A stretch of 64,000 nt of DNA, from the sequence record SRR22947727_5003; one strand, written 5' to 3'. A program made the position numbers and the translations under genes. This document shows, one piece after another, positions 24,049 to 35,130 of this stretch (positions are counted from its first letter, which is position 1; every line of letters begins with the position of its first letter). The notes under the pieces were generated by a model, which saw only the letters and a program-made list of their open reading frames with translations, was not told the origin of the DNA and did no database searches.

Positions 24049-26139
24049 ATGGGATCAGTGTTTAGCGAAGTTGACAGAGAAGCCGTAGATATCGCGAGAG
24101 TGTTGGCCGCTGACGCAGTGGAGAAAGCAGGTCATGGACACCCTGGCACTGCAATAAGCCTCGCCCCGGTCGCTTACCTGCTCTATCAAAAGGTGATGAA
24201 GCTTGACCCATCGGACCCTCACTGGATAGGCCGCGACCGGTTCATCCTCTCCGCGGGGCACTCGTCTCTGACGCAGTATGTTCAGCTCTTCCTGGGCGGT
24301 ATGGGGCTCGAGCTCGATGACATCAAGGCCCTCCGGACCTGGGGATCACAGACACCAGGCCACCCCGAATTTGGTCACACAGACCATGTCGAAATCACGA
24401 CAGGCCCCTTGGGGCAAGGCATTGCCTCCGCCACCGGATTTGCTTACGCGCAACGTTTTGAGCGGGGTCTGTTTGACCCCGATGCGGCTCCCGGAGAGTC
24501 CCCCTTTGATCACCATGTGTTTGTCATTGCTGGTGACGGTGACCTGCAAGAGGGCGTCTCCGCGGAGGCGGCGTCGTTGGCTGGACACCAAGAGTTGGGA
24601 AATTTGGTTGTTCTCTATGACGCCAACCAAATCTCCATCGAGGATGACGTCGACATCGCGTTCAGTGAGGACGTGGCCCTCCGCTACGAGTCCTATGGGT
24701 GGCACGTCCAGACGGTGGATTTCGGTGAAGCTGATGGTTACACGGAGGACGTGGACGCCCTGTTGGGAGCCATCTCCTCTGCCAAATCCGAGACAGCTCG
24801 ACCCTCGTTGATCGTGATGAAGACCATCATCGGGTGGCCCTCCCCCACCAAACAAAACACCGGCAAGATTCACGGCTCTGCACTGGGTGCGGATGAACTA
24901 AAGGCTCTCAAATCAGAACTAGGGATGGATCCGGACTCCACATTTGTTGTCCCACCCCATGTTCTCGAGCACACTCGATCCTTGCGTGAGCGAGCTCGGC
25001 TGGACCGGCACACGTGGGACGAGAAATTTGCCTCCTGGGGTCTCGCCAACCCTGACAAGAAAGCTCTCTTGGATCGTCTTGTGAGCGGCGCATTACCTGA
25101 CCTGGAAGGGCTACTCCCCACTTTTGAGGGTGCAGAGACCATGGCGACCAGAGCGGCCTCGGGACAGGTCATTAATGCTCTTGCCGCCGCACTTCCAGAG
25201 CTCTGGGGAGGATCGGCTGACCTTGCGGATTCGAACCTCACGACAATCAAAGGACGGCCTTCCTTTGCTCCGGAGCGTCGCTCCACCAAGGAATGGTCGG
25301 CAAACCCCTACGGCTCTGTCTTGCACTTTGGCATCCGGGAACACGCGATGGGGGCGATCCTGAATGGGATTGCGCTCCATGGCCCAACTCGGCCGTTCGG
25401 CGGCACCTTCCTCATCTTTAGCGACTACATGCGCCCTGCGGTGCGACTCGCTGCTCTGATGGGTGTGCCTGTCATCTATGTCTGGACACACGATTCGATT
25501 GGTTTGGGTGAGGATGGCCCCACCCACCAGCCCGTGGAACAATTGGCAACGCTGCGGGCCATTCCCGGTTTGGACATCGTTCGACCTGCGGACGCGCATG
25601 AGACTGCCTGGGCCTGGAAGACGATGATTGAGTGCACGAGCAACCCTGCAGGTATCGCTCTCACGCGCCAAGGCATACCCGTTCTTGAGCGCGGAGATGA
25701 CGCAGCGACCGGGTCAACATTGGCCCATGCGCGCCACACTGCCCGCGGAGGATACGTCTTGGCCGAAGCAGACGGCGAGCTGTCCGTGATCCTCATCGCT
25801 ACAGGCTCTGAGGTGGCAATTGCTTTGAAAGCGCGAGAGTCTCTCCAGGCGGAGGGCGTTGGCACTCGCGTCGTCTCCATGCCCTGCGTGGAGTGGTTTG
25901 ACGAGCAAGTACAGGCCTACCGAGAGACCGTGTTGCCCCCTTCGGTCCGGGCCCGCGTATCCATCGAAGCTGGAATTGCTCAATGTTGGCATCGCTTTGT
26001 CGGTGAGTCCGGGCGCACAGTATCGCTCGAGCATTTTGGGGCTTCTGCTGACTATCAGAAGCTGTATGAAGAGTTTGGGCTGACAGCTGACGCTGTTGTG
26101 TCAGCTGCTCACGAATCTCTTGCACTCAAAGGAAAGTAG
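24049..26139 (+). CDS. tkt: Transketolase
   Basis: GHPGT, RDRFILSAGH, TGPLGQG, GDGDLQEG, GIREHAM, GEDGPTHQP. Start set at ATG 24049. Confidence 0.96.
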   Translation: MGSVFSEVDREAVDIARVLAADAVEKAGHGHPGTAISLAPVAYLLYQKVMKLDPSDPHWIGRDRFILSAGHSSLTQYVQLFLGGMGLELDDIKALRTWGSQTPGHPEFGHTDHVEITTGPLGQGIASATGFAYAQRFERGLFDPDAAPGESPFDHHVFVIAGDGDLQEGVSAEAASLAGHQELGNLVVLYDANQISIEDDVDIAFSEDVALRYESYGWHVQTVDFGEADGYTEDVDALLGAISSAKSETARPSLIVMKTIIGWPSPTKQNTGKIHGSALGADELKALKSELGMDPDSTFVVPPHVLEHTRSLRERARLDRHTWDEKFASWGLANPDKKALLDRLVSGALPDLEGLLPTFEGAETMATRAASGQVINALAAALPELWGGSADLADSNLTTIKGRPSFAPERRSTKEWSANPYGSVLHFGIREHAMGAILNGIALHGPTRPFGGTFLIFSDYMRPAVRLAALMGVPVIYVWTHDSIGLGEDGPTHQPVEQLATLRAIPGLDIVRPADAHETAWAWKTMIECTSNPAGIALTRQGIPVLERGDDAATGSTLAHARHTARGGYVLAEADGELSVILIATGSEVAIALKARESLQAEGVGTRVVSMPCVEWFDEQVQAYRETVLPPSVRARVSIEAGIAQCWHRFVGESGRTVSLEHFGASADYQKLYEEFGLTADAVVSAAHESLALKGK

Positions 26140-26143
26140 AGCG

Positions 26144-27253
26144 ATGACAACATCACCTAGTGCCAGCCTCAGCGAAGTCGGAGTCAGTATTTGGCTGGAT
26201 GATTTGTCTAAAGATCGACTGACATCAGGGTCTCTACGCAGTCTGATTGACAACCACAATGTCGTCGGGGTGACCAGTAATCCCACCATATTCGCGGGAG
26301 CCGTAGCAGGCAGTGACTCTTACACAGAGGATCTGGTTCGCATGGCACACGCTGGTGCCACTGCTGAAGAAGCCGTGTTTGAGGTGATGATTGCTGACAT
26401 CCAGGGGGCGTGTGACGTGCTTCACCCTGTGTTTGAGTCAACATCAGGACAAGATGGCCGGGTTTCCCTCGAGGTCTCTCCGCTTCTAGCCCACGACACG
26501 GCAGGGACCATAGCGCAGGCTCAGGAGCTCTGGGCCCGCGTTGACAGACCCAACCTGATGATCAAAATTCCCGCCACTAAGGCCGGCCTTCCGGCTATCA
26601 CAGAGGTCATCGGTCATGGGATTTCTGTCAATGTGACCCTCATTTTCAGTCTCGAGCGTTATGCAGAGGTCATCGACGCGTACTTCAGCGGTATCGAGAA
26701 AGCGTTGAACAACGGCATCGATATTTCCGTCATTCGCTCGGTGGCCTCGTTCTTCGTGTCACGCGTCGACAGCGCTGTGGATGCACGTCTCGACGCTGAT
26801 GGCGGCGAGGCTGCCAGTGCTCTGCGGTCACTCGCTGCCGTGGCCAACGCCAGGCTTGCCTATGAGTTGTTTCACGTGCAGCACTCCGACGACCGAGCGA
26901 AGTCGTTGCTTGCGAAGGGGATGCGCCATCAAAGACCACTGTGGGCTTCGACAGGGGTCAAAGATCCCGCACTGCCTCCCGCCTACTATGTGACGGAGCT
27001 CGCGGTGTTCAACGTGGTCAACACCATGCCGGAGAAGACACTTGTTGCCTTGGAGTCCGAAGGAATAGTAGAGGGCGATCGGGTTACTGGTCATTTTGAG
27101 GCAGCTCGAGAGACGTTAGGTGCTCTTGAGGGACTCGGAATTTCGCTCTCCCAGGTCACCGATGACTTGGAAGCGGATGGCGTAGCCAAGTTTGTCCAGT
27201 CCTGGCGCGAGCTTCTGGACACTGTTGCATCTGCCATGGGTTCGGCCGAATGA
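26144..27253 (+). CDS. tal: Transaldolase
   Basis: SIWLDDLS, GVTSNPTIF, MIKIPAT, ASFFVSRVD. Start set at ATG 26144. Confidence 0.95.
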   Translation: MTTSPSASLSEVGVSIWLDDLSKDRLTSGSLRSLIDNHNVVGVTSNPTIFAGAVAGSDSYTEDLVRMAHAGATAEEAVFEVMIADIQGACDVLHPVFESTSGQDGRVSLEVSPLLAHDTAGTIAQAQELWARVDRPNLMIKIPATKAGLPAITEVIGHGISVNVTLIFSLERYAEVIDAYFSGIEKALNNGIDISVIRSVASFFVSRVDSAVDARLDADGGEAASALRSLAAVANARLAYELFHVQHSDDRAKSLLAKGMRHQRPLWASTGVKDPALPPAYYVTELAVFNVVNTMPEKTLVALESEGIVEGDRVTGHFEAARETLGALEGLGISLSQVTDDLEADGVAKFVQSWRELLDTVASAMGSAE

Positions 27254-28800
27254 CCTTGACGCTCACAGTGCGTGATCCCCTTGATTACGCGACTGCCGAG
27301 CGCAGGCGTGCGCTCGCCGAGTCAGGATTCATCGAGTCCCTGGTGAATCGTGACTCCAGTCTCTGGGGTCTTGAGGCACAGGCCGAAGCCTCGATCCGAC
27401 TGGGATGGACTGCTCACCCCAGTTCATGGATTCCTCTCGCACGAGAAGTGATGGCTCTGCGCGAGGAGCTCAGCGGGCGGGGCATAGATCGCGTCGTTCT
27501 CTGCGGCATGGGCGGGTCTTCACTGGGCCCAGAGGTGATGGCAGCTTCGGCGTCCATCCCGTTGACAGTGATCGACGCCACTCACCCTGACGAAGTTGGA
27601 CCCGAGCTGGCCAAGGACCTCTCGGGAACCGCGGTGGTGGTGTCCTCGAAATCAGGGGGAACTGTTGAGACTGACTCCCAGAGACGTGCATTTGAGGCCG
27701 CGTTGGTAAACCAGGGGCTCAACCCTGTTGATCACATCGTTATTGTGACCGACCCGGGGTCTCCGCTTCATCATGCTTCCCGCGAGGCGGGCTATCGAGT
27801 TTTTGAGGGCGATGCGACGATTGGTGGACGGTTTTCAGCTATCTCCCCCTTTGGTCTTGTCCCCATGGGGTTGGCGGGGATGGATCTCCTTGCTTTCCTG
27901 GAGGACGCGAGTGCCGGCTACGAAGCCTGCCGGGGAAGCGGAGAGGACAATCCTGCGCTGCGTCTGGGGGTGGCACTTGCGCAGGGGCACCCCACTGTCA
28001 ACAAGATTCTCTATCGGGAGGACCCCTCGCACCCGGGACTCGGTGACTGGGTGGAGCAGCTGGTCGCAGAGTCAACAGGCAAAGATGGAAAGGGAATTCT
28101 TCCGGTCGTGGGGACAAGCCTCGATGGGCTCCCCGACGCGCTCTCAGTGGGAGGTGCCTGCTCAGAGTCCGATGTCGAGATTTCTGGGAACCTGGCCGAG
28201 CACATGATTCTCTGGGAGTTTGCGACGGTCGTGGCGTGCGCAGAGATTGGGGTTAATCCTTTTGACCAGCCGAATGTTGAAAGCGCCAAGGTAGCGGCTC
28301 GCGAGCTTCTCGAGTCGTCCAGTGTTGCCTCCCGTGCGGAGGAGGATTTTGATGGTTTCTCGGTCTTTGCGAAGCCTCCACTCCCGGCTCTGGAGAGTAT
28401 CTCCGAGTTGCCTGAGCTCCTGGGCCAACTCGCGGGGAAGCGTGGGTACATCGCAGTATGTGTTTTTGCACCCAGGACATCACAGTCACTATGGCGCGAG
28501 GTTGGCCACAGCATTGAACGGACCACGGGTCGCCCCGTGACCATTGGGTTTGGTCCCCGATTCCTTCACTCCACCGGGCAACTTCACAAAGGTGGAGCAC
28601 CCGAAGGAGTTTTCCTGCAAATTATTGCGACGCCGCAGACCGAGGTTGAGATTCCGGGACGTGATTTTGGGTTTTCAGAGCTTCTGCTCTCCCAAGCCCA
28701 CGGTGACGCACGTGTGCTGGTTGGCACGGGGCAACCAGTCATCAGTATGACCGGCTCACGGGAACATGTCGCCAGATTGGTCGAAGCGCTCAGAGCCTAG
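27250..28800 (+). CDS. pgi: Glucose-6-phosphate isomerase
   Basis: GMGGSSL, SSKSGGT.ET, GGRFS, QLVAESTGK, NPFDQPNVE. Confidence 0.92.
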   Translation: MTLTLTVRDPLDYATAERRRALAESGFIESLVNRDSSLWGLEAQAEASIRLGWTAHPSSWIPLAREVMALREELSGRGIDRVVLCGMGGSSLGPEVMAASASIPLTVIDATHPDEVGPELAKDLSGTAVVVSSKSGGTVETDSQRRAFEAALVNQGLNPVDHIVIVTDPGSPLHHASREAGYRVFEGDATIGGRFSAISPFGLVPMGLAGMDLLAFLEDASAGYEACRGSGEDNPALRLGVALAQGHPTVNKILYREDPSHPGLGDWVEQLVAESTGKDGKGILPVVGTSLDGLPDALSVGGACSESDVEISGNLAEHMILWEFATVVACAEIGVNPFDQPNVESAKVAARELLESSSVASRAEEDFDGFSVFAKPPLPALESISELPELLGQLAGKRGYIAVCVFAPRTSQSLWREVGHSIERTTGRPVTIGFGPRFLHSTGQLHKGGAPEGVFLQIIATPQTEVEIPGRDFGFSELLLSQAHGDARVLVGTGQPVISMTGSREHVARLVEALRA

Positions 28801-29153
28801 AGCCGGCCCTTTTTCTGGCGCAATCTGGTCAAAGCGTCTTCGAGGATCTGCTTGGCCTCTTTGTCCGTCCTACGCTCTTTCACGTAGGCAAGGTGGGTCT
28901 TATAGGGCTCGTTGACCGGGAGCTCTGGCGGATTATCTTTGTCGCGACCCGCGGGCAAACCTGTAGTGGGCGAATCAATGATCTCGGGGATCTCTTCTGG
29001 CTCAATGTGCGCAGAGAAGTACCGGACCGTCTCGTTTCCCATCGCATCCCAGTACGACACTGCGATTCGATCTGCCTGGATGCCACGATCCTGCTCGCCC
29101 ATAGGGCCAGAGCCCACCCGGGTACCTCTAATTGCGCTGCCTCCAGATGCCAC
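28797..29153 (-). CDS. rbpA: RNA polymerase-binding protein RbpA family
   Basis: AIRG.RVG N-terminus and KTH....ERR...E....L C-terminal helix; adjacent to secG. Confidence 0.85.
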   Translation of the reverse strand: MASGGSAIRGTRVGSGPMGEQDRGIQADRIAVSYWDAMGNETVRYFSAHIEPEEIPEIIDSPTTGLPAGRDKDNPPELPVNEPYKTHLAYVKERRTDKEAKQILEDALTRLRQKKGRL

Positions 29154-29165
29154 GAATAACCCCTC

Positions 29166-29411
29166 TTAGATATCGAATCGCGTGAAAAGACCAAGGACAA
29201 TAATGCTCGACACCCACACCAGGGCAATCACGACCGTGATCCGATTGAGATTGCGCTCGGCAACGCCAGAGGACCCAAGATTGGAGGTCACTCCCCCGCC
29301 AAACATGTCAGAAAGACCTCCACCACGTCCACGGTGAAGAAGAATCATCAGGGTTAACAGGATGCTCGTCAGCGCCAACAAGACCAAAAACACTACGCGC
29401 AGAATTTCCAC
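29166..29411 (-). CDS. secG: Preprotein translocase subunit SecG
   Basis: ILLHRGRGGGLSDMFGGG...ERNLNRIT between two TMs. Confidence 0.93.
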   Translation of the reverse strand: MEILRVVFLVLLALTSILLTLMILLHRGRGGGLSDMFGGGVTSNLGSSGVAERNLNRITVVIALVWVSSIIVLGLFTRFDI

Positions 29412-29458
29412 ACTAACCTCCCAAAGCCCTCACCACTATAGACGGTGCCAGCCATTTC

Positions 29459-30250
29459 CTAGTCAACACTCACATGGTGAGGGAACCTGGCAATGGCAAC
29501 GAACTCGTCGACATCGAGGCTGGCTCCTCCGACAAGAGCGCCGTCAATGTTCTCCCGTTTCATGAAACCCGCAATGTTGCCCGACTTAACGGAGCCACCA
29601 TAAAGAATTCGGGTGCTCTGCGCTGCCTCGTCGCCGTGAAGTGAGCGAATCGTGTCCCTGAGGGTTGCGCACACCTCTTCAGCTTGATCGGGAGTTGCGG
29701 CTTGTCCGCTCCCAATCGCCCAGACGGGTTCATAAGCGATGACCATTTCAGCTCCCTTTTTCACGGAGGAAAGGACCGCAGTGAGCTGGTCAACGGGGAC
29801 TTTGCTGGCGCCGTACTGCTCAAGATCTTCGGCAGTTTCTCCCACACAAAGAATGGGAACCAGGTTGTTTCGCAAGGCGGCCTGCACTTTGCTGGTGCAC
29901 ACTTCATCATCCTCATGATGGTCCGCGCGGCGCTCCGAGTGACCCACGATCACATACTCGCAGTCGAGAGCTTTCAGGAAAACACCGGACACATCCCCAG
30001 TGTGGGCGCCCTCGTCATACATGGACACATCCTGTGCGCCCAGCTGCAACGGCAGGTCATCAGCGTTAATGAGTGTCTGCACGGAGCGGAGATCCGTAAA
30101 CGGCGGGAACACCGCTACCTCAACCTCCTGCTCGTTGAACTTCTTGTCCTTGAGAGCCCAGGCAAGCTTCTGCACGAAGGCAATGGACTGGAGATGATCG
30201 AGGTTCATCTTCCAGTTACCAGCAATTAGGGGGCGACGGGTGGTTGCCAT
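29459..30250 (-). CDS. tpiA: Triosephosphate isomerase
   Basis: AGNWKMN, GHSERR, AYEPVWAIG, YGGSV. Confidence 0.97.
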   Translation of the reverse strand: MATTRRPLIAGNWKMNLDHLQSIAFVQKLAWALKDKKFNEQEVEVAVFPPFTDLRSVQTLINADDLPLQLGAQDVSMYDEGAHTGDVSGVFLKALDCEYVIVGHSERRADHHEDDEVCTSKVQAALRNNLVPILCVGETAEDLEQYGASKVPVDQLTAVLSSVKKGAEMVIAYEPVWAIGSGQAATPDQAEEVCATLRDTIRSLHGDEAAQSTRILYGGSVKSGNIAGFMKRENIDGALVGGASLDVDEFVAIARFPHHVSVD

Positions 30251-31455
30251 CCGAGTATCTCCAATCCAGGCAGGTGTTTTCCTTCGAGGAACTCAAGACT
30301 TGCTCCCCCTCCGGTTGAAATATGACCAAACTGCTCGTCAGCGAAACCTAGCGCTCTCACAGCAGCTGCAGAGTCTCCTCCGCCCACTACTGACAACCCG
30401 GAAACCTCCGTAAGCGCCTGTGCGACGGCTTTTGTGCCATGGGAAAACGCTTCAAACTCAAAGACGCCCATGGGGCCATTCCAGAACACAGTGCGAGACT
30501 GTGCGATTACCGTGCGAAAGTCGGCGGCGGACGTGGGTCCAATATCTAGGCCCATCGCCTCTGAGCCTGCAGGGCCACTCTCCAGTTGGTCCACCGGCAA
30601 CGGTGTGTGGGGAGCGTCAGGACTAAAGCTCTCAGCCATCACAATGTCCCTGGGGAGGGTAATCTCCACACCGAGCTTCTTCGCAAGGGCCAAGAAACCT
30701 TTCACGGTTCCGATCTGGTCGGCCTCCAGCAAACTCTTTCCTACCTTGTGACCCTGTGCGGCGAGAACAGTGAACACCATTCCTCCACCGATTACGAGGC
30801 GATCAACGCTGGGAAGCAGAGCCTCGATGACGCCGAGCTTGTCTGAGACCTTCGATCCGCCAAGAACAACGGTGTAGGGGCGTTCAGCGCGAGCGGTCAA
30901 GCGCTCCAGAACTTCCACTTCTTTCTCGACCAGAAAACCGGCATAGGCGTTGGTCAGGTGCGGAAGTTCGTACACGCTCGCTTGCTTACGGTGAACAACG
31001 CCGAACCCATCCACGACAGTCGCATCGACGTGGGAGGCCCACTCCATTGCTAGCTCGAGTCTGGTGGGGGCATCCTTAGAGGTTTCGCGAGGGTCAAATC
31101 GGAGGTTTTCCAGGAAACATACCTCTCCCGGTCCGAGAGCCCCAAGAGCGCTCCAGACCAGCTCTCCGCTGACACCCGGCACAAGAGGCACTGGTACGCC
31201 TGCTAGTTCCGAGGTACGGGCCGCCACAGGCGCCATGCTGAGGTTAGGATCTGATGTCCCCTGAGGGCGGCCGAGGTGGCTTGCCAACACGACAGACGCC
31301 CCTCGTTGTGTCAGCCATTCGAGCGTTGGCAGGAAAGCCTTGATGCGGCCGTCATCGGCAATGCTGCCGTTATCGAGAGGAACGTTGGCATCAACGCGAA
31401 GGAAGACCACACGACCGTAAAGGTCGAGGGTTTCGGTGAGTGATGTAAGCGCCAC
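30226..31455 (-). CDS. pgk: Phosphoglycerate kinase
   Basis: RVD.NVP, SHLGRP, LENLRF, WNGPMGVFE, STGGGASLE. Confidence 0.96.
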   Translation of the reverse strand: MALTSLTETLDLYGRVVFLRVDANVPLDNGSIADDGRIKAFLPTLEWLTQRGASVVLASHLGRPQGTSDPNLSMAPVAARTSELAGVPVPLVPGVSGELVWSALGALGPGEVCFLENLRFDPRETSKDAPTRLELAMEWASHVDATVVDGFGVVHRKQASVYELPHLTNAYAGFLVEKEVEVLERLTARAERPYTVVLGGSKVSDKLGVIEALLPSVDRLVIGGGMVFTVLAAQGHKVGKSLLEADQIGTVKGFLALAKKLGVEITLPRDIVMAESFSPDAPHTPLPVDQLESGPAGSEAMGLDIGPTSAADFRTVIAQSRTVFWNGPMGVFEFEAFSHGTKAVAQALTEVSGLSVVGGGDSAAAVRALGFADEQFGHISTGGGASLEFLEGKHLPGLEILGWQPPVAP

Positions 31456-31458
31456 TAC

Positions 31459-32475
<1,017 letters not shown>

Positions 32476-32488
32476 TCATGACAGAGCG

Positions 32489-32518
32489 AAAAAGGAAAAG
32501 GCCGGGAAAACCCCGGCC
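32489..32518 (-). terminator. Probable intrinsic terminator between sodA and gap
   Basis: On the minus strand GGCCGGG-GTTTT-CCCGGCC followed by TTTTCCTTTTT. Confidence 0.7.
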
Positions 32519-32540
32519 CAGTCCAGAAGGTCTTGCAGTA

Positions 32541-33161
32541 TCAGACTAGCAGTGAAGCCCCAGCGTTGGAGCGGGCTGCCTCGAAACGTTTCGCAACATT
32601 GTCCCAGTTGACAATGTTCCAGAAGGCGGTGACATAGTCAGCCTTCACGTTTTGATAATCCAGATAGAACGCGTGCTCCCACATGTCGAGCTGCAGAATC
32701 GGAATTGTTCCCTGAGCTGTATTGCCTTGCTGGTCGAAAAGCTGCTGGATAATCAGGCGCGCGCCAACTGGATCCCAGGAGAGAACTCCCCAGCCTGACC
32801 CCTGTATGCCCAACGAGGCTGCTTGAAAGTGGGCTTTGAAGGCGTCAAAAGAGCCAAAGAATTCATCCACCGCTGCAGCAACCTCGCCTTCGGGCGTGCC
32901 GCCCGCGTCAGGTGCGAGGTTGGTCCAGAAAATAGAGTGGTTGACGTGACCGCCTAGATGGAAGGCGAGGTCCTTTTCCAGACGGTTGATGTTGGCGAAG
33001 TTGCCGGATTCCCGAGCTTCAGCCATTTGAGCGAGGGCATTGTTGGCCCCGTCAACATAGGCCTTGTGGTGCTTGGAGTGGTGGAGCTCCATGATGCGAG
33101 CACTGATGTGGGGTTCGAGCGCCGAATAATCGTAGGAGAGCTCGGGGAGCGAATAGGACAT
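32541..33161 (-). CDS. sodA: Fe/Mn superoxide dismutase
   Basis: ELHHSKHH, GGHVNH, DMWEHAFY; SD GGAGG before ATG 33161. Confidence 0.95.
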   Translation of the reverse strand: MSYSLPELSYDYSALEPHISARIMELHHSKHHKAYVDGANNALAQMAEARESGNFANINRLEKDLAFHLGGHVNHSIFWTNLAPDAGGTPEGEVAAAVDEFFGSFDAFKAHFQAASLGIQGSGWGVLSWDPVGARLIIQQLFDQQGNTAQGTIPILQLDMWEHAFYLDYQNVKADYVTAFWNIVNWDNVAKRFEAARSNAGASLLV

Positions 33162-33228
33162 GACAACCTCCAAGTAGCGTTTGGGACGGCTTTCAGTCTA
33201 GAGGTGACGGCTGAGCAGAGGCTTGGGA

Positions 33229-34206
33229 CTAATCGATCTCAGGAGGAACAGCATCGAGGGTGCTCGGAATGCCGAGGTCCTCCGCCTTCTTATCTGCCAT
33301 CGCAAGCAAGCGACGAATTCGCCCGGCAACAGCGTCCTTCGTCAACGGTGGGTCAGCGTGGTGGCCTAACTCGTCCAAGCTCGCGTCACGATGCGTGAGA
33401 CGAAGGTTTCCTGCGTAGAGAAGGTGATCGGGGATTTCTGTCCCCAAAATTTCTAGAGCGCGCTCCACCCGGGCACACGCCGCTACCGCAGCCTGGGCCG
33501 AGCGCCTGAGGTTTGCATCGTCGAAATTAACCAGTCGGTTGGCCGTAGCGCGGACTTCCCTGCGTTCGCGAAGCTTCTCCCACTCCGATACCGCGCCGGG
33601 TGCACCCATGAGCGTGAGCAACTCCGAGATCGCCTCTCCGTCGCGAACCATCACACGGTGCGCCATGCGCACCTCTCGTGCTTTTGAGGCAACACCTAAC
33701 CGTGCTCCGATACCCACCATGGCCATCGCTGCTTCGCCGGTGGGGGCAACAATTTCGATCGCTGCCGAGCGACCGGGTTCGCTAATGCTTCCACCAGCCA
33801 GAAAAGCCCCTCTCCATATCGCAGGGAGGTCTCCTATGGGCGAGGTGGTCAGCTTGTTGGGTAGACCGCGAACAGGCCGTTTACGCGGATCTAGAAGCCC
33901 GGTTTGGCGGGCTAGGGTCTCCCCGCCGGCTCGAACGCGGACCACATAGAGGGGGTGCGTTCGGTTTCCCGCTGGCTGCATCACAGCGGCATCTGTCGCC
34001 ATCCCGAAGATGTCGCGAATGTCCTTACGGACACGTTTGGCGGTTTCCAAATGATCGAGTTCAACTTCGACCGCGATATTGCCGCCGATGACGTGGAGCC
34101 CACCCGCAAACCGAAGAATTGTGGAGAGTTCCGCCACACGGTGGCTCGTGAGCTCGGAGTGCTGAGCGACCAGCTCGTCCTTAACAGCGACCGTGAGGGA
34201 ATGCAT
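33229..34206 (-). CDS. whiA: DNA-binding protein WhiA
   Basis: [36 protein letters not shown]. Confidence 0.95.
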   Translation of the reverse strand: MHSLTVAVKDELVAQHSELTSHRVAELSTILRFAGGLHVIGGNIAVEVELDHLETAKRVRKDIRDIFGMATDAAVMQPAGNRTHPLYVVRVRAGGETLARQTGLLDPRKRPVRGLPNKLTTSPIGDLPAIWRGAFLAGGSISEPGRSAAIEIVAPTGEAAMAMVGIGARLGVASKAREVRMAHRVMVRDGEAISELLTLMGAPGAVSEWEKLRERREVRATANRLVNFDDANLRRSAQAAVAACARVERALEILGTEIPDHLLYAGNLRLTHRDASLDELGHHADPPLTKDAVAGRIRRLLAMADKKAEDLGIPSTLDAVPPEID

Positions 34207-34218
34207 TCTTATGGGTAC

Positions 34219-35097
34219 CTATTCACGCCCAAGGTCTCGGTGTTTCACCGCGACCTGGACATCAGCTCGTGCAGTCAGTCGTGCGCCTAATTCTTCGGCC
34301 ATCGCAACGGAGCGATGCTTGCCACCGGTACACCCTATCGCAATGGTTGCATAGGTTTTATTCTCGGAAACATAGCCAGAAAGCACGGTGTGGAGCGTCC
34401 TCTCGAACTGCTCCAAGAAGTCTGCTGCCAGAGGGTGTGAGAGGACGTAGTCGCTAACAGGAGCGTCCTTTCCGGTGTTGTGCCGGAGAGCTTCTTCCCA
34501 GTAGGGGTTCGGCAAAAAGCGCATGTCCGCGACCATGTCGACGTCTGATGGGAGCCCATATTTGTAGCCAAAACTCATAATTGTGAGTCGAGTTTTTGCC
34601 TCCCCCGGTATCCCATAGGCGGCCGCAACAGCGGTGGAAAGCTGGTGAATGTTCATCTCCGAGGTGTCGATCACGAGATCACTCTGTTCACGGATGGGGT
34701 GCATCAACTGGCGCTCCCGGGAGATACCGTCCAGCAGCGTCCCATCCTCCTGAAGGGGATGTGGTCTGCGCACTTGCTCAAAACGCCGCACAAGAGCATC
34801 GTCGGTGGAGTCCAGGAAGAGTACCTGCACGCTGGCATGTTCGCTGAGAGATTCAATCACCTCGCTGGCATGTTCAAAGAGCGATCCGCCGCGGACGTCC
34901 ATCACAGCGGCCAGTTTTGCCATATGGCTTTCTGGCTCATGCGCGAGGTCCACCAGCGGCTGCAGCATCTGTGGTGGCAAGTTATCGACGACGTACCACC
35001 CCTGGTCCTCCAGGGAGTTGGCAGCTGTGGAGCGACCCGCACCCGACATGCCGGTCACAATCAGCACGCTGGGACCATCATGCTTCAGCGGCGCCAT
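34219..35097 (-). CDS. rapZ: RNase adapter RapZ / YvcJ P-loop protein
   Basis: TGMSGAGRS, VDNLP, RRPHP, RFLPNP, GCTGGKHRSV. Confidence 0.94.
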   Translation of the reverse strand: MAPLKHDGPSVLIVTGMSGAGRSTAANSLEDQGWYVVDNLPPQMLQPLVDLAHEPESHMAKLAAVMDVRGGSLFEHASEVIESLSEHASVQVLFLDSTDDALVRRFEQVRRPHPLQEDGTLLDGISRERQLMHPIREQSDLVIDTSEMNIHQLSTAVAAAYGIPGEAKTRLTIMSFGYKYGLPSDVDMVADMRFLPNPYWEEALRHNTGKDAPVSDYVLSHPLAADFLEQFERTLHTVLSGYVSENKTYATIAIGCTGGKHRSVAMAEELGARLTARADVQVAVKHRDLGRE

Positions 35098-35130
35098 CGC
35101 TCCCCCATCTGTTGACGCAATCGTACCGTC

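Noticed and set aside
30226..30250. 25-nt pgk/tpiA overlap as a frameshift or PGK-TPI fusion signal
   Set aside because: Both ORFs are complete and I saw no slippery heptamer; ordinary translational coupling explains it
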